A stretch of DNA of 64,000 nt from Azolla caroliniana (Eukaryota; Plantae; Polypodiophyta), in the NCBI GenBank assembly GCA_043228905.1, contig JBHGNT010000018.1, positions 6,076,001-6,140,000 on the forward strand, given 5' to 3'. Position 1 is the first letter of the stretch. Every line of letters begins with the position of its first letter. This document shows, piece after piece, positions 13,171-24,500 of this stretch. Below the pieces are notes generated by a model. That model saw only the letters and a program-made list of their open reading frames with translations, searched no databases and was not told where the DNA came from. The position numbers were made by a program, and so were the translations under genes.

Positions 13171-15255
13171 AAATAAAAATAAAAAAAATAAAAAATAAAA
13201 AATAAAAAAAATAAATAAAAAAAAAATAAAAAAAAATAAAAAAATAAAAAAATAAATAAAAGTTCCCCACTTTTTACTCTCCCACAAAATTTGATATTTT
13301 TATCTGTCATTAAAAAAGGAACCTCAGACTAATAATATTTTTATAATAGATATAAAACTTAAAAGTTAGAAGTATTTGTTTTATTTCTTTATAAAACAAT
13401 AAATAAATAAAAAGTAAATAAAGTAAAATAAATAAAAGCTTCATTGATTCCCACTTTTTACCCTCCCACAAAATTTGATATTTTTATCTGACATTAAAAA
13501 CGGGACCTCACACTAATAATATATTTATAATCGATGTAAAACTTAAAAGCATGTATTTATTTTATAATTTATTTTTAATAAAAAATAAAAAATAAATAAA
13601 AGGTTCATTAATCCCCCACTTTACTCTCCCACAAAATTTGATATTTTTAAGACTTGACATTAAAAAGGGGAGTAATAATATTTTTATAATATATGTAAAA
13701 ATATATATATATTTAAAATAATAAATAAATAAACGAATGGTTCTGTATTATTCTTTGGGTCATTTTGTATTCTCGAATATTACAGATGGTGAATACCATG
13801 AATATCACGCATGGGGCAATGTATTTCTATGTTTATAACATAGATTTACACATGCGTGATATTCTCTATGCGTGTTATTCGCAATATTTGAGAATATGAA
13901 ATGGCCCCAAGAATATTGTGGTGTGCACTGTGCACCACAATATTGTGGGATCGTGTGGTAAAACCACAGGCCAAAACCCCTCACCTAACCCAAGTAGTTA
14001 TAACCAGGGTTAGGGGAGTTAGACCATGGTTTAGTTAGTTACACCATAATTAGTAAAAGGTTATTTAGAGGTAAGTAAGTAGAAGTGTACCAAGATAACC
14101 GAATGTATCTTGGAATGTAATACCAAATTGTATAAAAGGATTTAGATGGAATGGAAAAGGGGAAGAGAGTTTGGAGGATTTTACACACTTTGGTGGAGAA
14201 GACATGCAACACTCAAGACACCAACTCAAGAAAGAGTTGAAACAAAAAATCAAGAAAGAGCTGAAACAAAACAAGACGCTACTCTGACAAATCAGACACC
14301 ACCACATCAAGAAGAAGAAGCCGCAATGCCACCCCAACCAAACAAGATGCAAGAACAACAAGTTGAAACCAACATACATCATATGGCATATCCAATACAG
14401 AACAACAGTGCAATAGAATGCACCGACATGAATTCAGAATTTCTGCAACAATACCAAGAAAACCGTCAAACTTTCCAGATGGATCAACTAATACAAGCGG
14501 TATCTTACATCACAATACAATCAAATTTGACTAATCAGGCCATGCTATCTTTTTTCTCTTCGCAGATAGATAGGCATGCTTATTGCCTAGATCCACGAGT
14601 ATGACCTAAATCCTTCTCTGGTCTACCGTCTAAGGACATCCTTTCTTGGCTCGATCATTTTGAAATGGTGGCAAGCTATCATCAGTGGCCCGAAACACGG
14701 AAAACACTAGAGATGCGAACTTTATTGGAGGGCATCGCGGCAACATGGTTCATACAACAAAAGAGGAGTCTAAGAACAATTGGTCGATACTTAAATCCCT
14801 CATGATCGGGAATTTTGCTCACCAGGACTCAATTCAGACGGTTCTGTAGCAACTAGAGACAATCAAACAATAACATAAGCCAGTAACACAATTTACAATC
14901 CGATTACAACAATTGCTTACTCATGCAAATCCAACAATGCTAGAATCGATGAAGCTATTCTTCTTATGGCCACGACTACGCCTAGATATAAATCGTTGAG
15001 TGCACGACCAAGGCCCCAAAACATTTCAGGAAGCCATCCTCATTGCGCAACACATTGAAGCAACAACACAAATAGAACACCAAATGAGTTGGTCATCCAA
15101 TGTCAATTCCGAGCAGCAGTACAATAGCAACACCACGCCAATGGAAATCGATATCCAGAACGCTCAACTACAAGCAAGAAGGAACCTACCAACACGTGAT
15201 GCACAAGGAAGACCTAAGTGTTTTTTTTGCAATAACTATGGGCACGTGAATAAAC

Positions 15256-15831
15256 TGTTGGGAATATGTCCCTCCAGTGGGAGGAAGAGACGACCAGTGC
15301 TGGTCGTGGAGACCCGACTATGCGAAAAGCCGACAGTTGAAGACTAAATGGAAAACCGACTGTTCGGAAATCCGAAGAGTCGATTTCTGTGAGTCGACTG
15401 TTTGTGCATTTGACTATTATTATTATGGTAATAATAATAGGGATATGTAGCAAAGGCTACATTTGTAAATAGCCCATACAGTGTATAAGTATAAATACAC
15501 TTAGGGCAAATAGAAAACGTGTACAGAAGTTGTAGTGTGCGAGAGAGAGAGACAGAGAGTGTGTGTGAGCCGCGCCATAGCTGTGTGAGTAACAGCAGAT
15601 GTGAAGAGCCCTGTGCGACTGATACACTCAACAGAGTGTTGTATTCCTCTTGGTGTTGTATATCCACTTTGTATAGTGAAGAAATCTGTTCACCCGTGGT
15701 TTTCCCCGTTTTAGGGTTTCCACGTAAATCTTTGTACATCTGTTTAACTTGTCTTTCTGGCATCCTTGTGTGATTCGTATTTTAGCGCGTAGTTCGTTTA
15801 TTGTGATTTATTCCGCAATGATGTCTCGACA
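15256..15831 (+). mobile_element. Solo LTR (copia-like) inserted in the gag zinc knuckle of gypsy 1
   Basis: TGTTG...CGACA termini and 5-bp TSD TAAAC/GAAAC (1 mismatch). Removing it rejoins GHV-K-K-H-Y-R of the knuckle. Contains a copia-type CCCGTGGTTTTCCC..GGGTTTCCACGTAAA motif. Confidence 0.8.
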
Positions 15832-18259
15832 GAAACACTATCGGAAATGGAACAACCAAACACAGAAGTAGAATGTGCAAGTAGTTGGCTGACAACAGTT
15901 ACCGGGCCAACCTGTCGGAAAACTGAATCACGGGGTGTTGAAGGGAGCAGAACCCCCGCACATACAAGCATCCACATCCTCAAGTTCTCCCGTGTGCACG
16001 ACCATGGGCACAATCCTCAATAGCCCACACGAAGTCCTCTTCGATTTCGGTAGTGGCATATCTTCGATCAACCAAGATTTGGTCGATCGCCTCAATCTTT
16101 GAACCTCCAAAGCCCCACCCATCAAGGTGTTGTTCGACGATCACCAACGCCTATATAAGTCCAACACCACAACCGTCTGCACACTCAAGTTGGGCCCCAC
16201 CACAATCACGCACACCTTTTACGTACTTCCACATCAATTGTTCCCACTCACACTCGGATGTGATTGGTTCATCAAGAGCAGGGCCCAACTAGATTTCCAT
16301 ACGCGTCACCTCACATTACCAGAAGCAAGGCCACTTCACCTGTTCACAAGCAATTGCAACCAACAAATCAACAATGCATAGGTAACATTAAGCAAGGAGG
16401 TTTGCCTTAATGATGTCCACAAGGTTTTAGCTTAATAACCCGAGCTAGTCCACTCATCTGACAAGCCCACTACAGTCTCATTCCCGGTCCAACATGTCAT
16501 CAACACAGGCAACGCAACACTTGTCCGGATAATAGCAAGACGACATTCTCCTTTAGATCATGCACACATTGACCAAGTAGTGAATGAGATGCTTCAAAAG
16601 GGTATCATCTCACCCTCACATTGTGATTGGGTATCGGAGCCACACATGGTCAGAAAAGATGATGGCACATACCGATTTGTGTTGACTTTCGCAAGCTCAA
16701 TCAAGTAACCATCCATGACCTTTAACCTCTGTCGCGAATAGATGATCTCTTGGACCAATTGGGATGCTCGAGGTACGTCACCTTTATCAATCTTGCGGCC
16801 GGATATTGGAAGATTCCAATGGACCCAAGAGATGCACATAAGACAACTTTCAGAACATGAAGAGGCATATTCCAATTCAATAGGATGCCATTTGTCTTTT
16901 CCGATGCAGATATCACATTTCAATGGATGGCAAATTCAATATTTGCAGACCTTATCGCTGACGGTACAATGCTCGTATACCTGGATGACATTCTAATCCA
17001 TACTTCCAGATGGCCACAACATATTAAGGTATTACAAGCAGTTCTACAATGAATACAACAACACAATCTGAAATTACAATGGAAAAAATGCAGATGGGGT
17101 AGCACCTAACTAAAGTTTTTGGGCTACATAATTTATGCCAAAGGCCTACAGATGGACCCAAAGAAGACTGAGGCCGTGACCAATTTTCCCCGACCAACCA
17201 TAGTCAAGTCCTTGCAGTGTTTCTTAGGCATGATGACTTTTTCGCTTCGATTCATTCCCAATTTGGCCACCATGACAGCACCCCTACGACACCTATTACG
17301 AAAAGGCTCCAAGTTTGAGTGGACGACTAAATGTGAGAACAACTTCATCCAATTAAAAAATACACTACACCAAGCAGGTCAGTTGGCTCACCCAGATTTC
17401 TCATGCCCCTTCCTTTTGTAGGCAAACACATCAAATCATGGATTGGGAGCCGTCCTATTACAAACAGATACAACAGGAGCAGAACGCCCAATTACCTATA
17501 TAAGTCGATCTCCACAATAGAAAAGGAATGGTTAGCAATTGTATGGGCTTTCACAAAGTTACATCCCTATTTACACGACACCTAGGTCAACGTCGAAACA
17601 TACCACCAACCCCTAATCCATCTAATTAACAAGCCACACCCACCAAGTCACCTATTAAGATGAGCAATGGCTTTACAAGAATATCGATACACATTAACTT
17701 ATAAAAAAGGAGTCCAAAATGTGATCGCTGATGGTTTGTGAAGAGTATGTTATATGTTTTATGGTTAGGGTATGATAATGATAAAGATAGGAATAGGGCT
17801 AGCAATGATGGTAGATTGATAATGAATGTGTGATGATGAGAGAGGGCGTGAAGAACAAGACAACCATTGAGGGGTGGGGGGTGGTGCCTAGAATGGCTCC
17901 ACTCCCCTCCCAAGGGGGTTCAACGTTAAGGGGAGAGAGAGGAAGAGAGATGACAAAGAGAGAGAGAGAGATTAAGAGAGAAATGTTCATTCATATTTCA
18001 TTCATTCCCCATAAGGGGTTAAATAGTACAAGAGGGGGTAGATACATAGGGGTGTAAGCCCCCTAGAGCATTCATATTGGACACTCACTCACACCTCATC
18101 GTATCCCTCCACATGCACACATGTGTGCATGTGTTCACATACATATCGACTCACAATTACATTTATGTTCCCTACACATATACAACATCATCATGATAAT
18201 ATTCGACCCTCGCTCATCACACTTGACTCTCCGTACATCTCATACGGGGTAACACAATA

Positions 18260-18275
18260 TGGCACGCCCGTGGGA
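18260..18275 (+). promoter_or_regulatory. Antisense PBS-like site (tRNA-Arg UCU type) at the position where the PPT of gypsy 2 should be
   Basis: LTR..GTAACA-CAATA-TGGCACGCCCGTGGGA; complementary to a plant tRNA-Arg(UCU) 3' end (..UCCCACCGGGCGUGCCA, from memory) with a 1-nt bulge. Confidence 0.7.
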
Positions 18276-18307
18276 AAGTGCCTTGCACTTCGAATCCACT
18301 CCCGGCC

Positions 18308-21300
18308 TCATTCTTCCTCCAAAATATCGAGCACACTCTGCTCGATGGTGTCAAGTGGTGCTTCTTCCTCCTGTTCCTTGCCTGCCTGGTCTCCGACCTC
18401 CGGTTGGGTTGGCTGTTCCGTAAAAATTTGCTGCTCCGGCTCTGCTTGATTCTGTGGTGACGGTGCTTCCTCACCGCTTCGTCCGGGTTCTTCCTGTTCT
18501 CCCTCCGTTCCTGGCTCTGTTTTGTTACCAGTGTCGCTTTCTCCGGTCTCAACTGGTCTGCTCGGTACGCCTTCTTCCTCTGCTCTGGTGTCTTCCGGTC
18601 TCAGTTCTTCTTCTTCTCCGGCATCGGTCTGCTCCTGTTCTTCTTGATTTCCTTCGAACGGAAGTTCTTCTTCGGGTATTCCTTGTCGGGGTTGTTCGGT
18701 GTCGGTTGGTTCAACTTCAGCCGGTCGCTCTCCCTCACTTATAGTGATTGGCGTCGTTCTTCCCTTGGCTTCCTGTCGTAACCGGTCCTGCTTGTATTTC
18801 TCCAACTCCAACTGAGTTGCGAGCTGCCTGTCATCCAACCTCTCTACCAACCCTCGGATTTCTTTGAGATGTTCTTCCGCTAAAGCGTAGAAATCCTCCG
18901 ACAATTCTTCCCGAATGGCGACGATACTTTCTTCATCCATCTTGTAGAACTTGTCACCGGTCTTCCTCCGATTCTCGGCATCCGCTCGGAGTGTCTGCAG
19001 CTCGGCTGCCTGTTGTGACCACTCCTTCCATAACTTTTCCGTACTTTCGTTGATGCTTGCCTGAGCTCGGGTACTCCAACCTGACATGATGAGCTTGATC
19101 CGGTCAACCCCCGCCTTAGCATGCGCATAAGCTTCTTGCTTTTCCTTCCTTGCCCGTTTTATAATGTCGGCCATTATCTGAGCCTGGGCCTCGTAATCCG
19201 CTTTCTGCTTTTCATAGGTACTTTGCAGTTTGCTGATCGTGAAGGTCGATCTTTCCTTTTCTTCATTCCTGATCTTAGTCAGATCCAGCTTTTCCCGCCT
19301 TAGCGCCTCTAATTCCTTCCTTCTCTCCATCGCTTGGGCTATTTCCGCCGACAATGCTTCCTTTTTGGCACTGACCTCATCCATTGCCTTAGCCAGATCT
19401 AATCGGGTTTCTTTGAGCTGTTCTTTGAGCTTCTCTATTTGTTGGTCGTAGTCTGCTGCCCGTTTCTTGTTGTCCAACTCGGCCTGCTTGTGATCTCGGT
19501 AGAGACGGTCAAAGTCCTCCGTCTTCTGCTTCAGGCGTCGGTTTGCCTGAGCTCTTAACCGGTCGTCCCGGTCCTTCTGTTGTCGGAGTTCTTCCTGCAG
19601 TCGTTCTATCTCCTGCTCGGCATGTCGACGCAGTCGGTCCTTCTCCTTTTGCAGCTTCTCTTTTTCTTCTTGCAGTCGGTCATTAGTGGCTCGGCCTTTC
19701 CGGAGGCCTTCTTCCATTTTTCGTCTGTCGTCCTCCACCGCTTTCCGCTGCTCCCTTTCTCTTTCCCTTAATGCCTCCTGAGCTTTTAACTCCTCTCGTA
19801 AGGTTTCTATTATTTTTTCGGTCTCAGGGCCGGTTTGCAAGGCTACCGGTTCTGGTTCTGGTTCTGGTTGCTTCCTTGTTGTCCCGATCGGCTCGGTGAC
19901 AACTTGTGCTTGTTGAATTCCTTCCCTTGCCTGCAACAGCTCCCCTTGCATTTCCTCGATCTGTGTTCGGAGCGCGACCAACTCCTGAGTTGTTGTATGC
20001 GTCAGCTGTTGCCTACACGTTTCTTCTTCCTCTAACTGGTCCGCTACTCCCGATAACTGCTCCGAAAGCCATCTCAGCCATTGTGGCTTTGTGCTTCCTG
20101 TGTCGGGGTGGCCTTGCTCACTTCTACTCCTTAACTCAGGCTGTTTTTCCGGCCTTTTCTCTGGCTCCGGCGCTTGTTCATTCTTCTTCTCTAGGATGAC
20201 CGGTTCTCTGAAGTCCGGCACAACCGGTGTCGGTGCTGCTTCCCTCGGTACGGGTTCCGGTACTGCTTCCGCCTCGGCTACTGGAGGTGGTCCTTGCGCC
20301 CTCTGCTGAGTTTTGTCAACTGGTGGAGCCGGTCCTTTTGCCCGTCTCTCCCGACCTTGTCTTGCTGGGAGTCTTACCAATGGTTCAGATGAGTCTTCTG
20401 TTTCAGCTTCCTCCTCCGGTGCGGCTACCAGACGGACCTTTTGTATAAAGACCTTTGGTTCCGGTTCCGGCCGTTGCAGCTTTATATTGATTGGTTTGAG
20501 TGCTACCGGTTCCTCCTCGGCCGATTTCCCTTTGCCTTTTCCTGCCGGTTTTGCCTTTGTTTCCGGTTCCTGTTGCTGTCGGGATGGTCCTTCCCCCCGC
20601 TGTTCTGCTTCTTGCTGGGTCCAGCCGGGGGTGTGTTTCTCCAGGATCTGTCGGCGCTTTGTGACCTTTTTCGGCGTCGTCTCCTGTCGACCTCTTTTCT
20701 TTTGTGTGATGGGGAGCACCGGTGGGACTAACACCGTTAGCCATTGTGCTATCCCGGCCCATGGCTTTTTTCCTTCCACAAGATTCTTGATGGCCTCCTT
20801 CAATCCTTCGGTTATGAAATGGAGCCAGTCCACTTGTAATCCTTCGTACGCTGCAATTAAGAACGCTGCCCGATACCTGGCTATGGCCGGGGGACGAGGA
20901 TTCACGAATCCGTATTCCATCATGGCGCGGGCCACTTCTCCGAACAGCAGGTTCTCTCCGCCCTGTGTTCGGTACGCCTTGCTGCTGATAGAATACTCAC
21001 CGAAATATTCGAACAGGATTTCACTTGAAGGGTTTTCGATTGTTTGAAGCCCTCCTGCTTTTATCCCCGTGAGCGCCTGCACCGCTCCTTCCGTGATTTC
21101 TGATAAATCAATCGATGCTGCCGCCTGCTCTGGTTCTGCGTGTGGTGGAGTGTCGGCGATCCGCAGCAATCCTTTTAACCCGTTCTCCCTCATCCATTGG
21201 CGTGCCTCCTCCGATAGTACCATTGTTTCGAATTCTTCTTCTGCTGTCTGTTGTTCGGGATCGGGCTGTGTGTGCGTTGTGCATCGGATCGCTCTTCTGT

Positions 21301-21520
21301 GCTTCTGCGCCTGTGTGTAGGAAAATTCGTAAAAAGTAAGTCCTTCGCAGGCCTGTGTCTTATATAGTGGCTTTTGCCTCGAGCCGTCCTCTTTCGTTTC
21401 CCGCGCATGTTCATCTCCCGCCATAATTAGTATGTCCTCTTGTGATCTCCCCATCACTACTATGATTCGCGTCGATTTTGCCCACGTCTTTTTTTTTTTT
21501 TTTTTCTTTGTTTGGACCAT
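18308..21520 (-). CDS. Extra ORF of gypsy 2 (1070 aa; N-terminal globular domain, disordered linker, long coiled coil, acidic tail)
   Basis: Uninterrupted ORF between pol and the 3' LTR, same sense as pol. Heptad-rich E/K/R/Q/L segment at about aa 480-930. Confidence 0.85.
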   Translation of the reverse strand: MVQTKKKKKKKTWAKSTRIIVVMGRSQEDILIMAGDEHARETKEDGSRQKPLYKTQACEGLTFYEFSYTQAQKHRRAIRCTTHTQPDPEQQTAEEEFETMVLSEEARQWMRENGLKGLLRIADTPPHAEPEQAAASIDLSEITEGAVQALTGIKAGGLQTIENPSSEILFEYFGEYSISSKAYRTQGGENLLFGEVARAMMEYGFVNPRPPAIARYRAAFLIAAYEGLQVDWLHFITEGLKEAIKNLVEGKKPWAGIAQWLTVLVPPVLPITQKKRGRQETTPKKVTKRRQILEKHTPGWTQQEAEQRGEGPSRQQQEPETKAKPAGKGKGKSAEEEPVALKPINIKLQRPEPEPKVFIQKVRLVAAPEEEAETEDSSEPLVRLPARQGRERRAKGPAPPVDKTQQRAQGPPPVAEAEAVPEPVPREAAPTPVVPDFREPVILEKKNEQAPEPEKRPEKQPELRSRSEQGHPDTGSTKPQWLRWLSEQLSGVADQLEEEETCRQQLTHTTTQELVALRTQIEEMQGELLQAREGIQQAQVVTEPIGTTRKQPEPEPEPVALQTGPETEKIIETLREELKAQEALREREREQRKAVEDDRRKMEEGLRKGRATNDRLQEEKEKLQKEKDRLRRHAEQEIERLQEELRQQKDRDDRLRAQANRRLKQKTEDFDRLYRDHKQAELDNKKRAADYDQQIEKLKEQLKETRLDLAKAMDEVSAKKEALSAEIAQAMERRKELEALRREKLDLTKIRNEEKERSTFTISKLQSTYEKQKADYEAQAQIMADIIKRARKEKQEAYAHAKAGVDRIKLIMSGWSTRAQASINESTEKLWKEWSQQAAELQTLRADAENRRKTGDKFYKMDEESIVAIREELSEDFYALAEEHLKEIRGLVERLDDRQLATQLELEKYKQDRLRQEAKGRTTPITISEGERPAEVEPTDTEQPRQGIPEEELPFEGNQEEQEQTDAGEEEELRPEDTRAEEEGVPSRPVETGESDTGNKTEPGTEGEQEEPGRSGEEAPSPQNQAEPEQQIFTEQPTQPEVGDQAGKEQEEEAPLDTIEQSVLDILEEE

Positions 21521-21521
21521 G

Positions 21522-24500
21522 TCATTTTCTGGTCCCCCCCGATTTGTTCGGGTCGGTTCGCGTTGATACCGGATCCTTCTGTCGGTTTTCCGGGATAGTC
21601 TTTGTCAGTATCGGTGTCGGTTCTTCCTCGGTCCGAATATCTTCAGCAGCGTTTGTCGGTGTCGGTTCCTCATCTTGCCGGATTTCCGGGTTTTGCTTGA
21701 ACGGGTTGGCTGGCATATTTCCCTTATACGGCTTTAGCCGAAACCCATTTGCCCACTTACCGATGACATTTCCAGACAACGTGCCGAGCTGATACGACCC
21801 ATTGTACTCCTTGGTGATCCAGAACGGTCCGGTCCACCGAAACCGCAACTTTCCCGGCATGTTCCCCATCCGTGTCTGGAATAGTAGCACCGGTTTCCCG
21901 ACTTCGAACTCCTTTTCGTTGCCACGCCGGTGTCGGTCCACGAAAGCTTTTCTCCTCCTTTGCTCCAGTTCGAGTTGTAGTAAGCTGGCTATTCGGTTTT
22001 CTTCTAATTCCAACAACGTCGCCAGCCGGATTCGTTCGGACTCCTTCTCACTTAAGCGCTCCTTTACCTGGATCCGTAAGCTGGGGATCTGGAACTCTAC
22101 CGGCATGACTACTTCTAAACCGAATGCTAGTCGGAACGGGGTTGTCCGGATGCTGGTTTTGTACGTTGTTCGGTACGCCCATAGTGCGCTTTGCAATTTC
22201 ATATCCCAGTCGGTCCGGTTCTCATTGACGATTTTTCGTAGGATGTTCTGCAGAGTTTTATTCGTTGATTCCGCTAGTCCATTGGCTTGAGGGTAGTAGG
22301 GAGTACTCCTTTTATGTACCACCGCGTAAAATGACGTCAGGCTTTCTACTACCTGCCCGAGAAAATGTCCTCCTTGGTCACTTATAAGCTCGATCGGGCA
22401 TTCATATCGGCACCATATGCACTCGTACAGGAACTTTGCCGTGGATGCGGCCGTGTTGTCCTGTAAGGCCTTTGCTTCTACCCATTTGGTGCAATAGTCG
22501 GTCGCCACTATGACATACCGATTTCCGGTTCGCATTGCCGGTGGCTTGAAGGGACCGACAAAGTCCAAACCCCACTTTTGAAATGGTTCCAATGGCAAGA
22601 CCGGGTGGTGTGGCATCCGGGCCTGCTCCGTGGGTTGGCCCAGTCGTTGACACAAATCGCATTCTCTGCTATACTTCACGACATCTTTTAGGGTGGTGGG
22701 CCACCACAGTCCGCTCTGCCATATTTTCCGAGCGGTTGCGTCGCCGGCATAATGCCCGCCAGCAATTCCACAGTGGGCTTCCTTGAGGATTAAATCCTTC
22801 TCATCGCTCCGCACTGCTCGTCTCCAGATGCCATCTGCCCCCTTGTGATAGAGGGTGTCTCCAACCAAGCAGAAATGTCTGCTTCTTACTGCTACCCTTT
22901 TCCTTTCATCGCGGTCCATGTTCTCCGGGGGTACTCCGGTGCTTAGGAACTGATGCATCTCAGTTAGCCACGTGTCTTCATCGGCTACCGTTGCATCCGT
23001 TGCCGGTTTTGTCGTGATCCGAAACAACTCGGCGTCGGGGAACTCATCCTGGACGCCGTCCCCTGCTTCTCCGGATTCGAGTCTGCTTAGGTAGTCCGCT
23101 ACCGCATGCTGCGCCCCGGGTCGGTGGAAAATGTCGAATTCAAATTCCTGTAATAGCAGTGTCCATCGTGCAATTTTTCCCGTTAGGGATGCCTTCGAGA
23201 CCAGGTAGAGTAGTGGCGAATGGTCGACATGGAAGGAAAACTTCCTTCCGAGCAGATAGTGCCTGTACTTTGTGACACTATACACCATTCCCAATGCCTC
23301 GCGTTCCATCGTAGAGTAATTCCGTTCGGCTTTTGAGAGTTTCCGGCTTGCGTAGTACACCGGTCGGTACCATTTCGGCTCCGTAAGTTGCATCAGAACG
23401 CTGCCGATTGCTACGTCCAACGCGTCGACGAAGACGTGAAAGCTTTTACTCCAATCCGGCGGTTGCACCACCGGAGCTTGCGACAGCATAACCTTCAACG
23501 CTTGGTAGGCTTCCTCCTCCGTCTCCACCCATAGGAAGGGTACCCTGTGTACGGCGGTATGTAATGGTGTAGCGAAGTCTGCGAGGTGCCGTATCATCCG
23601 GCTATGCCACCTTATTTGGCCCAAGAACCGGCTTAAAGCCTTTGTGTTATTTGGTGTTGGTGCCTCGAGAATCGCCTTGACTTTATCCAGATCTACCGCG
23701 ATTCCTTCCTTACTCACCACGTGCCCTAGTAAGTTGCCGCTTGCCACTCCAAAGATGCACTTGGCCGGGTTCAGACTCAACCGGTACTCGTGGCACTTCT
23801 CCAAGCACAGTCGGAGGTGATCGAGATGCTCTCCATGCCGGCTGTAGACCGCGAAATCGTCAAGGAAGACCTGCATAAAACCGGGGATATATTCCCCGAA
23901 AATTTCCATTATTATCCTTTGAAAGGTCACTGGAGCCGTCTTTAGTCCAAACATCATCACGACCGCGACGAACACTCCCCATTCCGTAACGAACGCTGTC
24001 TTCTCCTAGTCGGCCGGGTTCATTCGTATTTGGTTGTAGCCGCTAAATCCATCCAGGAAGCTGTAAACTTCGTGGCCGGCTACCGCATCTAACACCCCGT
24101 CCGTAAATGGTAGTGGAAATGCATCGGTCACTGTTGCGGCATTTAGTTTTCGGTAGTCCACGCATACCCGGATTTTTCCGTTCTTATTCGGGACCACCAC
24201 TATCGGACTCAGCCAGGTTGCCTGCTTGACCGGTCGGGTAAATCCGACCCGGAGGAGCTTATCAATCTCCTCCTTCACCTTCACCGCATAATTCGGATTC
24301 ATCCGGTACCTGCGTTGAGCGATCGGTTTCGCGTCCGTACTTAGGTGAATTTGGTGCTGATAGAGCTGGGGGTCCAGCCCTCACATGTCTTCGTACGACC
24401 ACGTGAACACATCCTTGAAGTCTGTTAATAATGCTATCATTGCCTTCTTTTCTTCCTTCGGCAATTCCTTTGCGACATTTACCGGTCAGGGCTTGTCTGT

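Noticed and set aside
14000-14020. GGGTTAGGG telomere-like motif in the gypsy 1 LTR
   Set aside because: Single occurrence within a small inverted repeat; not an array.
18255-18380. Purine-rich sense-strand stretches (GAGGAAGAAG..) near the end of the extra ORF as the PPT
   Set aside because: They encode the acidic tail and lie more than 50 nt from the LTR; a PPT must abut the LTR to define its end.
18308-21520. Calling the extra ORF a retroviral env or a captured host myosin/SMC gene
   Set aside because: No signal peptide or clear TM anchor, and coiled-coil similarity alone is non-specific.
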